This document shows positions 12,371 to 24,401 of a stretch of 64,000 nt of DNA, in pieces. Position numbers and translations under genes: made by a program. Each line of letters begins with the position of its first letter. The stretch's first letter is position 1. This DNA comes from Ginglymostoma cirratum. Taxonomy: Eukaryota. Location of the stretch: the NCBI GenBank assembly GCA_024137785.1, contig JAHRHZ010000061.1, positions 1,762,066-1,826,065 of the forward strand. The letters are read 5' to 3'. The notes beneath the pieces were generated by a model. The model saw only the letters and a program-made list of their open reading frames with translations, was not told where the DNA came from and searched no databases.

Positions 12371-13800
12371 TTACTGATACTGGCTGAACTCGACCAGTGT
12401 TGTTGGGGGTTTCCAAGATGAAAATGGCAGGAAGTTATGTCTGGTGACCAGGATTGGATGCTGACATAGCTGCGTTGGTGGGTCAGTGCCCAGAGTGCCA
12501 GCAAGGACAAAGATTGCCACCAGCAGCTCCCCCACGTTTGTGGGAATGGCTGGGTAAACCCAGGACTCGGTTACATCGACTATGCAGTCCTTTCCCACAC
12601 TCTCTTCTTCGTCATTGTGGGTGCCCATTCAAAGTATTTGAACATGCATAGAATTCATTCGTTAAATATGGGGACAATGATTGAAAAGTTGTGAGCATCT
12701 TTTGCATTACATGATCTCCCAGAGCTGTTGGTCACAGACAGCGGGCCTCCATTTACCAGCAGGGAATTGAGTATTTCCTAAATTCAAATGGTATTCAGCC
12801 TGTCAGGACAGCTCCATACCATCCATCATCCAAAGGCCTAGCAGAAAGGGCAGTCCAAACTTTGAAGGTAGGTTTAAGGAAACAGCCTACAGTGTCACTC
12901 AATACCAAACTGTCCTGGTTTTTGCTTGATTATAGGACCATCCCTCATGCAACTACAAAGACAGCTCCAGGGGTGTTACTAATGGGGAGAAGACTCCACT
13001 AGGTTAAATCTGATCTTCCAGACCTGTGAGGGGTGGGTGAAATAGTGTCATGACAGCCACTGCTGACACAAGAGTCCTCAAAACAAGAAAGGCAGTTTCC
13101 TTCAGGAGACGAAGTTTGGTGTCGACACGTGGAATGGCTCTGCCTGGGTAAGAAGTATGATTGGCGTGAGGTCAGGTCCCGTGACACAAAGTTGTGGTAA
13201 GAGAGGCGGTCCTGAACAAGCACGTGGACCACCTGAAAACTACAAACTTGCAAATGGGACCAGACCAAAACATACCCAGCCCCTCAGAACATCCAACAAG
13301 GCTTTCAGAAACCGTGGGTTCTCTCCCCTCCACCTAGTGGTGAAGAAATTTCTGAGGACAAGTTGGACATGGCAGATATCCCACCTTGATGCTATTGCTG
13401 CCTGAAGAATAAGATGAATTTCTTGCAAGACGCTCCAGGCGCAAGAGGTGGGTGACAGTCTGGCATGTGCCACAGTTATCTGAGGCAGAGTCAGAGGAAC
13501 CCAGACCTCGTGAGAAAACGGCCTGGGAGCACCAAATGAATAATGAACTTGCCTGCGTCCTAAGACTTAAAGGGGAGGGATGTAGTGATTAGAACGAGGT
13601 CAGCCAGGTGGTAATCATAGAGTGAGTGATTGGGGCTCTTAACCTGGTCTAATCCTGGCTGACAGATATAAACAGAGTGTCAGGGTTTCTGCTCACTCAA
13701 GGAGCCGGTTCTGAGCCAGCTCGGTCAGTGTCATGTACCATGTATGTGTAAATAAAGGGTGACTTGGTGACAGGACACTGGCCTTCGTGGAGTTATTTTA
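12371..13800 (+). mobile_element. Ty3/Gypsy LTR retrotransposon remnant: integrase, PPT and 3' LTR
   Basis: Zinc-finger region (LDADIAALVGQCPECQQ), rve core (TDSGPPFTS, RTAPYHPSSKGLAERAVQTLK), PPT aaaggggaggga at 13569..13580, LTR starting TGTAG at 13581 with AATAAA. Confidence 0.88.
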
Positions 13801-13989
13801 AGGTACTTTGATGAATACCTTCTACAAGTCCGAATACAACATGTATTGGTTCTCATCTGTCCTCTGTGATTTCTCCTCCTGACCGTGCAAAGCTTACATG
13901 GCTGAGAAATATACGTGAATGCAGCTGGAGCCATTACATGACCTTTCTTGGTGCTGTTAGTGACGGCATCTGATGACATGCAAATGAGG

Positions 13990-15080
13990 AGCAAGAATAG
14001 GTCATTCTCTGCCTCTTGGGCCTTCTTTGTCCTTATCAGATCATGGCTGATCTGACTATAACTTCAAATTCACATCGCCACTTACCCCTCATGACCTTTC
14101 CCTCCTGCTCATTAAGAATCTATGCACTTCTGCCTTAAGACTTTATTCAAAGACTTTGTTTATGCCCCCTTTTTCGGGGAGACTTTTGTCTCCTCTGTAT
14201 TTTAAATGAATAACCCCTTAACAGTGATCCCTACTTCTAGATTCTTCTGTAAGAGAAAATGTTCTTTCCACATTCATCCTGTCAAGACCTTTTAAGCTTC
14301 TATACAGTTCAATTGAGTCGCTTCTAACTCATCTAAACTCCAGTGGATATAAGCCTAGCGTATTTGTCCTGTTCTTACAGAACAACCTGTCCATTCCATA
14401 ATAACTCCACGTTACATTCCATGTATTAATCGGCAAACTTTCTTAGAACTGTTTCCCATGCAGTTACATCCTTCCTTAAATAAGGTAACTAGTACTGTAC
14501 ACTGTGCTTCAGAAGTGGTCTCACTAATAACTGCATAAGTGAAGTATAACTTGCATCATTTTATATCCTTGTAATAAATGATGATATTCCATTATCTTTA
14601 TTAATACTCGCTGTGTCTTCATGCTAGTCTCTTGCAAGTCATGCACCAGGGCGTCTAGATTCTCCTGCATCTACAGTCTCTCAACGTTGAGATTAAATGT
14701 TTGTTTTTATCTTTACTGCCTCAATGAAAAATCTCATTTTACCACATTTGCCATATTTTTACCCAATCATTTAAATCTATCTCAAACTTTTATTAACATC
14801 TTTGTCCTCTTCATAACTTACTTTTTCATTCTATCTTTATGTCATTAGCAAATTTGACAACTATACCTCCAACTCGGAAGTCATATATGTTGTAAGCTAT
14901 TAATGTTCCAGCAATGATGCCTGTATTATACCAGTTATTATATCCTCCCAATGTGAATAAACGATCATTCTGCTTTCTGCCCTGTTAGCTGGACAGTTTT
15001 CTATCTGTGTCAATATGTTACCCCATACACCACAGGTTTTTACTTTGTGCAATGACCTTTGTATGTGGCACTTTGAGTTA
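13990..15080 (-). mobile_element. Old CR1 LINE 3' fragment
   Basis: LHKVKTCGVWGNILTQIENC RT-like motif and a CR1 tail on the minus strand. Confidence 0.75.
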
Positions 15081-15864
15081 ACGTTCTTCTCCATCCCACT
15101 GTTTCCTAACCCTTTGAGCTCCCCCCGCCCCACCGCCACTTAGACTATAACGGTTAGGACATAACAATATTTTAGACGCTGGATATTAGAAGTTGTAACA
15201 GAGTGCTCAAAATATTCAGATTAAAAAGCATCTGTGGAGAGGGAAAGTAAGTTAATATTCCGGGTCGCTGACATTTTGTCAAGTGGAGAATAGCTGCAGT
15301 TGGCAAGCCTTAATAGGAACAAAATTTTACTTTGCCTTTTAATGCACAAATTACGCACAAGTAAGTTAGTTTAGTTGAGAAGTGCAAACTGCATTGCAAA
15401 ATCCAATGGGTGTTTAATGTGAATCCTGCAGTGTGAGTCCGTTCTGTTTTCTTTGAATCACAAGTGTACCACTGTTACCTCAAATGATTCACAGTACCAT
15501 CTATTGAACTAAGTTGAGGTGTGGGAAGAGCTTTAGGATTTATGATTTTGTGGTTTAATTAACTGAAATAAATGATTTGGGTGCTTAACTGCCATTGAGA
15601 AATGGTCTTAGAATACAAAAGCTGTTACAAGTTGAGTAACATCACTGAATTTATTTTGTTCCCCAGTAAATTTTGATTTTAAGTTTAAAACTGTTGTAAG
15701 ATTTTGAGTGTTAGAACTTCTATGTCACAATTCATAGAAATTTCATAACTGTTATAAAAATGTAAAGTTTCTTATACCAAAGCAAAATGACAATGTGTGC
15801 TGTCATGAATATAGCAGAGAATGAGAAGACCTTTTATATTCATGCTGCTTTTTGTTCTTTTTAG

Positions 15865-16045
15865 GCTTGGCGAAAGCATTGCTGCCAATAATGCATATAA
15901 ACAACAGAGCACTGACCATGTAATGAAAAAAGTTCCTGTCCATCAGCATTCAGCAAGCATTGTCAAATCAAAATGTTCAAGTACAACCAATGTTGCCAGA
16001 TCTAATATCCATGAGTTGATTGATAAATTGCAATTAGGAGTGGAG
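15865..16045 (+). CDS. CIP2A: CIP2A exon (LGESIAANNAYKQQ...IHELIDKLQLGVE)
   Basis: ttttag/gtttgt boundaries, phase 2-0. Matches human LGESIAANNAYRQQ...IEELIEKLQSGMV. Confidence 0.95.
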
Positions 16046-16639
16046 GTTTGTATTGCATGTTCATTGGACATAAAAGTTATTTGTCAGTTACCTCTAATAT
16101 TATGCTGTCATCTGGTTGATGGTAACACTTTCCCAGAGGGCACTGGAGATGCTGTTGAACCATGATGTATTCCGTCTAATCTTTCTGTTTAGTCATGGGA
16201 TGTGGATATTGCTGACAAGACCAGCATTTATTACTTGCCCCTAATTGTTCTTGAGAAGTGAAGAGGCTTCCTTCTTGAATTGATGCAGTCTGACTGGAAA
16301 TAAGAAAGTAACTCCATGATTTTGACCCTCTGATCAAGAAAGAATATTGATATATTTCCGGTCATGATGATTTGTGATGTGGCGGAGGTGGTGTTCTCAT
16401 ATGTCTGCTGTCTTTGTCCTTCTAGTTGGTAGAAGTTGCCAGATGGCAGGGGCAGTTAGAAAAAAAAGTGTACACAACAGTATATCTTGTAAATGGTATA
16501 AATACATCCATATTTGAAATGGTGTTGGGATGCTAGTCAAGTGGGCTGCTTAGTCCTAGATGGAGCCTCTTGAGTATCAGAATTGTGTGGAAAATTTGAG
16601 AAAATATTTTAATCATACGTTTCTTGAAATTGTATGTAT

Positions 16640-17100
16640 AGTAAGCTTTGTATTACCTGGCACCTATGGGACCAGGAGTGTGACGGTTTATCAGATATTC
16701 CAGATAATCAAGAGGTTCACATAATCGCTGTAAGAACATACTAAATAACAGAAATGTAATGCAGGGTCATACACGTTACTGTTATACTTTATTTACAGCA
16801 CAGATCACTTAAATAATAATGCTGCTTTGCCGTAAATAAAACTTGACGGCAGAGAGTTTTTTCATTTGCAACCTCAACTGACTGCTCGGACATCGTGGCA
16901 GGTTGCATATTTGAGGAGATATTGACTCAAAATTGAGCCAACTGTTGATATTCATGTGATCATTCAATTGAGCAGTAAGTATATTTACATTGAGGTAAAT
17001 AAATGTTAAAAAAAAAGTAATTGGACAGAATAATATAGTAAACTTCATGGTATCTGAGGTATATAATTTTGCAGGTTTATCGAGTGTTCCAGTTAATAAG
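16640..17100. mobile_element. Possible old Tigger/pogo-like MITE
   Basis: Degenerate subterminal motifs (ggtttatcagatattccagataatc; ggtttatcgagtgttccagttaat). Termini are eroded. Confidence 0.35.
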
Positions 17101-17419
17101 GTGCTAGTTAAAACAATGTTTGGTGTATTTAAAACTGGCCTCAAAGCACAAGTAATAAACTTATCTACCAAACAGTTATAATTTAAAACAAAAACAGAAA
17201 TTGTTGGTGAAACTCGGTGGCATCTGTGGGACAAACCAGAGATAACATTTCAAGTCCAGTGACTCTTTTTAAGAACTCTCTTATAATTTAGGTTTTATTG
17301 TCAGTTGTTTTACGTAAGGTATGAACGGATATAAAATAGTTTTTTTAAACATTTTGCTAAGAATCCTGAGATTCTTTTTAATTTAAAATTTAAGTTTGTT
17401 TTTATTTGGCATAATAAAG

Positions 17420-17494
17420 GTGAAGGAACAAGTCAAGGATGTGAGACTGTCAGATGTAATGGATGTATACGAACAGAAGCTTTCATCTCTTGCT
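17420..17494 (+). CDS. CIP2A: CIP2A exon (VKEQVKDVRLSDVMDVYEQKLSSLA)
   Basis: aaag/gtaagt boundaries. Matches human [25 protein letters not shown]. Confidence 0.95.
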
Positions 17495-17756
17495 GTAAGT
17501 ACCAGTTAAAAGTTGGTAAGTCTACATGCTACATGTTTTACAAACCAAAATCACACTTTTGCAGAATGAGGCCTTATTTTAAGAGTTGGGAAACAACTTT
17601 TAAAATTCTGAGAATACTTTAAAATTTCCTCTCATTGTGCATTTTCTTTAACAGGATGTTTTCCGACAACAGAAGACCAGATTGTGAAGGGATTGTTGAA
17701 CTGTTCTTTCATTTGTTGCAGCAGTTGTACTTTAATAGCAAAAACGAAAGGTCTAC

Positions 17757-18137
17757 CTCTTCCTTTAGCAATGCGTTTTGTCACGTCCTCAAAGAATTCA
17801 ATAAGGCTTCTGAGGCATGACCTGCCCCTCAGAAAGCCATGCTGACTGTTTCAAATCAAACTGTGCTTTTCCAAATCATACATACTATCTCTCAGAATCC
17901 TTTCCAATAATTTACCTACCACAAAAGAAAGACTGACTGATCTGTAATTCTCAAGGTTATCCCTATTCCCTTTCTTGAACAAAGGAATAACATTTGCAAC
18001 CTTCCAATCATCTGGTACTACTGCAGTGGACAGTGAGGACGCAAAGATCATCGCCAAAGGCACAGCAATCTCTTTCCTCGCTTCCTGTAGTACTTTGGGT
18101 ATATACCATCTGGCCCAGGGTGCTTATCTATCCTCAT
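17757..18137 (-). repeat. Inverted copy of the CR1 segment at ~19364..19905
   Basis: Near-identical reverse complement that shares unusual residues (KHPG, SLSFVVGK, HIAKG) but lacks the 19515..19658 insert. Confidence 0.88.
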
Positions 18138-19514
18138 ATGACCTTTTGGCACATTAATTAGAAGTAAACTTCATAAGAATATCTTGGTTGGAAATAAAAT
18201 ACTAGTGCAGTCTGGATTGGGTAGAGAAGGAGCATGAGGGAAAAGAATTACCTTCTGTTACCAAGCAACATTAATGAAACAACTTGGCTTGAGCTATTTG
18301 CAGTTCAACAACCAACTTCAAATCAAGTGGCTCAATAGTTAAATAGGTAATAGTTAAATAGGTAATAGTAGAGCCTGTTCACACAAGCCTACAATTATGG
18401 GCTCTTTGTTCTTCCGGCATTATGTAATGTTTCAATTTTTTTTTTCTGGATTATGGGTGCAATGGGTCAAATTTATCTGTTTTGCTTGTAAGGCAACTTC
18501 CTTATTTGAAATTGTGACAATTGAAATAAATGAAACAGGGTAGGGAAACAGCTTCCTTTTTTCAATTTGCTGTTTTATATGATGCAACATACTTATTTTT
18601 GGGGATAATTTTGCGCATAGTTTATCTGTAATTTTTTTTTTTGTTATGTTTGCACATGTAAATTGGAGGGATGCACCAAAGTCAATGTCTTTGTTATGAA
18701 GTTGTGTAAAGTATTTGTGAATTGGAAGGCAGGAAGCTAGAATTTGTTTGTGAAAAAAAGTAAGGAAAAAAATGTGTGGCTGCTTTTAAGAGGTAAAGTG
18801 CTTTCCTAAGCTTGGAGATTTATACAGAAAATGTCTAAGCAGCTGAAGGGGTACAGACAGTTCTGAAATTGAAACATGTGTCAATTGGTTGATAATGTAA
18901 CAACCTTAGGCTTGTTTTGATGTTTTGGCAACTAGCTTTTGATAACTAGGTCCCACTGAGGCAAGGAAGGGATGGTAAGGTGAAGGAACCTTGGATGACA
19001 AGACATGTGGAACATCTAGTCACGAGGAAGAAGGAAGCTTACTTAAGGTTGAGGAAGCAAGGATCGGACAGGGCTCTAGAGGACTACAAGGTAGCCAGAA
19101 AGGAACTGAAGAATGGACAACCCTGAGGCGTTTTATACTTATGTGAGGGATAAGAGGATGGCCAGAGTGAGGGTAGGGGCTGATCAGGGTTAGTGGAGGG
19201 AACTTGTGCATGGAGTTGGAGGAGGTTGGGGGGGGTCCTCAATGAATACTTTGCTTCAGTATTCACCAGTGAGAGGGACATTTGTGAGGACAGCATGAAA
19301 CAGGCTGATATGCTCGAACAGGTTGATGTTAGGAAAGAGGATGTGCTAGAAATTTTGAAAAACATGAGGATAGATAAGCACCCTGGGCCAGATGGCATAG
19401 ACCCAAGTTTTCTACAGGAAGCGAGGAAAGAGATTGCTGTGCCTTTGGCGACGATCTTTGCATCCTCACTGTCCACTGGAGTAGTACCAGATGATTGGAA
19501 GGTTGCAAATGTTA

Positions 19515-19658
19515 TTGGAAGGGGCCTGAGGAAGGGTCACCGGACCCGAAACGTTAACTCTGTTTTCTCCTCCACAGATGCTGCCAGTCCTGCTGAGCTT
19601 TCCCAGCAATTTTGCTTTTGTTCTCGATTTACAGCATCCGCAGTTCTTTTGGTTTTTA
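19515..19658 (+). mobile_element. Mini Penelope-derived (pLTR) insert with 12-bp TSD
   Basis: TSD ttgcaaatgtta at 19503..19514 and 19659..19670. Highly similar to the pLTR at 32712..32810. Confidence 0.88.
19526..19559 (+). ncRNA. Minimal type-I hammerhead ribozyme core
   Basis: CTGAGGA-A-GGGTC-accg-GACCC-GAAA-CGTT: intact core and stem II, palindromic stem III (AACGTT). The 5' strand of stem I is replaced in this copy. Confidence 0.7.
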
Positions 19659-22131
19659 TTGCAAATGTTAATCCCTTGTTCAAGAAAGGGAATAGGGATA
19701 ACCTTGGGAATTACAGACCAGTCAGTCTTTCTTTTGTGGTGGGCAAATTATTGGAGAAGATTCTGAGAGATAGTATTTATGATTATTTGGAAAAGCACAG
19801 TTTGGTTAGAAATAGTCAGCATGGCTTTCTGAGGGGCAGGTCATGCCTCACAAGCCTTATTGAATTCTTTGAGGATGTGACAAAACACATTGCTAAAGGT
19901 AGAGCAGTGCACGTGGTGTACATGGATTTTAGCAAGGCATTTGATAAGGTTCCCCATGGTAGGCTTATTCAGAAAATGGGAGTCAGGGAAATTTGGCTGT
20001 CTGGATACGGAATTGGCTGTCCAATAGAAAACGGAGGATGGTAATAGATGGAAAGTATTCAGCCTGGAGCTCGGTGACCAGTGGTGCTCCACAGGGATCT
20101 GTTTTGGGACCTCTGCTCTTTGTGATCTTGAAAAATGACTTGGACGAGGAAGTGGAAGGGTGAGTTAGTAAGTTTGCCGAAGACACGAAGATTGGTGGAG
20201 TTGTGGATAGTGTGGAGGGCTGTTGTAGGTTGCAACGGGACATTGACAGGATGCAGAGCTGGGCAAAGAAGTGGCAGATGGAATTCAACCCGGAAAACTG
20301 TAAAGTTATTCATTTTGGAAGGTAGAATTTGAATGCAGACTACAGGGTTAATGGAAGAATTCTTGGCAGTGTGGAGGAACAGAGGGATCTTGGGGACCAC
20401 GTCCGTAGATCCCCCAAAGTTGCGACCCAAGTTGATAGGGTTGTTAAAAAGGCATATGGTGTGTTGGCTTTCATTGGCAGGGGAATTGAGTTTTTAAGAG
20501 CTGCGAAGTTATATTGCAATTCTATAGAGCCCTGCTTGGACCACACATGGAATGTTGTGTTCAGTCCTGGTCACCTCATTATAGGAAAGATGTGGAAGCT
20601 TTAGAGAGGGTGCAGAGGAGATTTACCAGGATGCTGCCTGGACTGGAGGGCAGGTCTTATGAGGAAAGTTTGAGGGAGCTAGGGTTTTTCTCATTGGAGC
20701 GAAGAAGGGTGAGAGATGACTTGATAGAGGTCTACAAGATGATGAGAGGCATAGGTAGAGTGGATAGCCAGAGACTTTTTTTCCCAGGGCGGAAATGACT
20801 ATTATGAGGGGGCATAATTTTAAGGTGATTGGAGGAAGGTATAGGGGAGATATCAGAGGTAGGTTTTTTACACAGAGTGTGGTGGGTACGTGGAATGCGC
20901 TGCTGGCAGTGGTAGTGCAGTCAGATACATTAGAGACATTTAAGCGACTCTTGGATAGGCACATGGATGATAGTAAAATGTAGGGTATGCAGGGTAGTTT
21001 TGATCTTAAAGTAGGATAATAGGTCGGCACAACATTGTGGTCCGAAGGGTCTGTACTGTTCTATGTTCTAGCTGGAATCAGCCAATTAATTTAAACCAAA
21101 CATATAGCGATTGAAAGCCAATTGAATTTAAATCTGATGGTTTTGACAACCTCAGACCAATGCTATTGTAAGAAAATTGATATGTCATAATAGGCATATA
21201 AGAAGAGGGTTTTTGAAAATGGGTATGTGAGTGAACTACCATCTGAGAAATAATCATTGAGCTCTCACAAGAAATCACTGAGCTCTCTCAGAAAGCACCA
21301 TTTGTCCATGAAAGATACCACAGCACTTCTAGCTAAGAATCCTCGCAGAAGACTTCACAGAGAAAGCATGCCTGGCAGCCAGCCTGGAGTAGTGGAAGAA
21401 ATGCATTTATGACTTGAACAGTAGAAGAAAGGCATGTAGACTCTGAGAGACTAAGTTTTAGTTTATTTTCTTATTACTTGGGTTTATATAAGTGGGACTT
21501 GTGTTTATTGGAACAGCATACCAGTAGAATTTAGTTCAGTTAGGGAATAGTTAGTAGTTAAAGGGGAATTGTTCAGTTTGTTAGTAATTCTATTAATTTG
21601 TTCACTGTTAGGATTAAATAAATAAATTGTTACTTATAAAGTGAATATCAGGGATTTTCTTTCATTTAACCTTCCCTTCTCTGTAATAGTTTAACAGATT
21701 AGGCCAGGTGAGGTGAGCTTCTCCAGGTGTTTCATCTTTAAATATTAGAAGGGTACCTCTACTCTTGCTGTACAAATTGGGGCTTGTGTTTCGTTTGGGT
21801 TCAACTTCTCCGTCCTAACAGTTTGTAATTTATTTCTTTTCTTTTGCGTCATGTAAATTGAGGGGATGCCACTTAACGTCTCCTGTTTCTGTAACGTTAC
21901 AAAGTGATAATGTTCAGGTAGAAGTGGCTTTCCCATCATTTATTCCTTTGCATTTCTCCCTTCACTAGTGATGGGACGTGTTAGTAGAGTGCAACTTTAC
22001 ATATCCTTGCTTCATATATGCATTTGATTGATGGACTTTGGACCACCACATTTTTTTTTTCTGAAATGTGTTTCAATATTAACAATGTTTAGCATGAATA
22101 TAATTTAAGATCAACCTTTTATTTTGCTTAG

Positions 22132-22242
22132 TCCAAAGAAAACCGTTTACAGGACTTACTGGAAGCCAAGGCACTGGCCCTAGCGCAAGCAGATCGTTTG
22201 ATTGCCCAGTACCGTTGTCAGAGAGCCCATGCAGAAGCAGAG
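22132..22242 (+). CDS. CIP2A: CIP2A exon ([37 protein letters not shown])
   Basis: cttag/gtattt boundaries. Near-identical to human [31 protein letters not shown]. Confidence 0.97.
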
Positions 22243-22679
22243 GTATTTTGAGTACATCATAAAAATCATTTTAAAACATGCTATCTCCTCTTCATTCAGT
22301 TTTTGATTTCAGCTTCTTTTGATCTGTTCTCTTAAATTGCAGAATTCATGATTTTTAATGGAAAGATGTTGTCAGGGATAGACTAATTCTCTGGTTGCAA
22401 TTTTTCTAGTTTTATGGATTTATGAAGTATAGTAAGATAAAGCACAATTTAAAGGTTTTGCCGTGCTAATATCTATGAAATGGAAAGTAAAAAGATAATC
22501 AAATGTGAATTGTTAGTACTATAGAAATCTTTCACAGCTGAAGTTCTTTTATTCTCGGGAAATGAACAGCAATGATCAATCATTAAATATTTTTGTAAAT
22601 ATTTTTATAGTTAATCAATTGTATGGAATTTATCCTGAATTGTTACATTTTATCAGTTATTAGGATTTTATTGTTGTAG

Positions 22680-22876
22680 GCACGACAGTTGGCTTCACTT
22701 CTAATGGATGCAGAGAGAAAAAATGAAGAACTTGATGGAGTACTGAAGACCCAACTATTGGAATCCGACCGTGCCAAGGCTGATATTCAAGAGCTTTATC
22801 AGCATAATTGTAAACTACAGGCTATTTCTGAAGAGCACGAGTCCTTAAAAGTTACCTCAAAAAGTCTTGCTCAAAA
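22680..22876 (+). CDS. CIP2A: CIP2A coiled-coil exon (ARQLASLLMDAERKNEEL...KSLAQ)
   Basis: tgtag/gtaagg boundaries, phase 0-2. Matches human ARTLASMLREVERKNEEL. Confidence 0.96.
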
Positions 22877-23094
22877 GTAAGGTTTAGTAATTTCTGATTT
22901 TGTTTTGAGCAGTAATCCTTGGCTGTCATCAGTGCAGACGTAATAGGCCAAATGGTCTCCTGCACTGTAATAATTCTGTGAAAAATGAATTACAGCAGTG
23001 GCATCATGTTCATAGACAACAGTTAATCTACTCCTTTATGGTACGACAGAACATTAGTTTTGCTAGTACAAATGAGTTTGGTTGTATTTAATGG

Positions 23095-23945
23095 AAATCA
23101 TAAGAGTTCAAGAGTTCAATGCAAGGCTTCCTCGGAGCAATATCCTAGGTCCACCTGTTTTCAGCTGCTTCATCTCTCTCCATCATGAGGTCAGAATTGG
23201 TGATGTTGCTGATTATGCAAGATTCAGCACCATTGCGGCTACTCAGGTACTGAAGCCATTCGTGTCCATATGCAGCAAGACCTCGACACCATTCTGATTC
23301 TTACCACTCAAGCGTCATGCAGTGACAGTCTGCAACAGGAGAAAACCCATAGCCATCTTCCATCATATGCAATGGCATTACTATCATTGAATTTCCCCAC
23401 TATAAGCACCCTGTAGGTGATCATTGAGCAGAAATTGAATTGGATCAGCTGTACATGTCCTGTGAGTGCAACAACAGAAACTCGGTGGTATGTAATCCAT
23501 CTGCAAGGCTTAAGCCAGGAGTGTGATAGAATAGTCCCTACTTATATGGATGGGTTCAGCTCTAACAGCATTCCCTTCACCGCTGATTTAATGGTACCTA
23601 TGTGTACCATTTAAGACATGCTGCTGTAATTCACCAAATTTCCTTTGACAGCACCTACCAGTCCCATGAACTTTATCGCCTCAAAAGTCAACGGCAGCAG
23701 GTGCACGGGAGCACCACCAACTGCAAGGTTCACTCCAGGCTCCGCACCATCCTGACTTGCAATTATATCGCCATTCTTTCACTCGACAAAATCCTGCAAA
23801 ACCCTTGATGGTAACACTTTGGGTGTTTCAAGGTTTGCGGCGGTTCAAGAGGGCAAGTCAACACCATCTCCTTCAAGGAAACTGGGGATCATCAATAAAT
23901 GCTGGCCTAGCTGACATGTCCCCATTCCATAAATGAATTAAAATA
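23095..23945 (+). mobile_element. CR1/L2-like LINE 3' fragment (family whose tail matches SINE B)
   Basis: PRSNILGPPVFSCFI RT remnant; tail caataaatgctggcc...cccattccataaatgaa. Confidence 0.75.
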
Positions 23946-24066
23946 ATTGCACTTCGATAACTTTATTATATATTCTAAAGAGTGTATTTTCCACTGAATA
24001 ACTTCTTGAAAATGTATTCCAAAAATCCAGTTCCAGATTTGTATTTTTACATAAATTTCATTTTAG

Positions 24067-24180
24067 TCTTGAGACAGTCGAAAGGCAACTTGAAGAACTA
24101 CAGACTGAACATAATTCCTTAAGTAAACAAAGTGAGCAGCTCAAAAGGCAAATTGACACCCTTAAACAACAGAATGATAG
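24067..24180 (+). CDS. CIP2A: CIP2A coiled-coil exon (LETVERQLEELQTEHNSLSKQ...QQND)
   Basis: ttttag/gtaagt boundaries, phase 2-2, frame continuous. Confidence 0.92.
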
Positions 24181-24318
24181 GTAAGTCAACATTCTTAACT
24201 TTGAATTCAGTGAATACATATAATCAGTAACAATGGCTTTAAGTCATGCATTTGTAAAGTGGATTTTGTTCTTAGAAAAATCACAAAATGTCTTGTTTTT
24301 TCATTTTCTGAATCTTAG

Positions 24319-24401
24319 ATGCCTTGCTCAGTTGGCAGAGATGGAAGCACAGAAAAATGATTTGTGCATTCAGTTAAAGGAAAAGGACACTAAATTATTG
24401 G
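24319..24401 (+). CDS. CIP2A: CIP2A coiled-coil exon (CLAQLAEMEAQKNDLCIQLKEKDTKLL)
   Basis: cttag/gtatgc boundaries, phase 2-1. Matches human [26 protein letters not shown]. Confidence 0.92.

Larger units (their letters stand above)
18950..21070 (+). mobile_element. 5'-truncated CR1 LINE (RT to 3' tail)
   Basis: [41 protein letters not shown]; tail tgttctatgttcta. Several frameshifts and stops. Confidence 0.95.
18692..21820 (+). mobile_element. Solo LTR-like element split by a CR1 insertion (18950..21070)
   Basis: Starts TGTTATG, ends CTAACA, AATAAA near 21620. The two halves rejoin at ctag. Confidence 0.6.

Noticed and set aside
16809-17234. 141-aa minus-strand ORF
   Set aside because: No recognisable domain or splice context; it overlaps decayed repeats.
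18334-18369. 15-bp tandem duplication aatagttaaataggt
   Set aside because: Only ~2.4 units; ordinary slippage.
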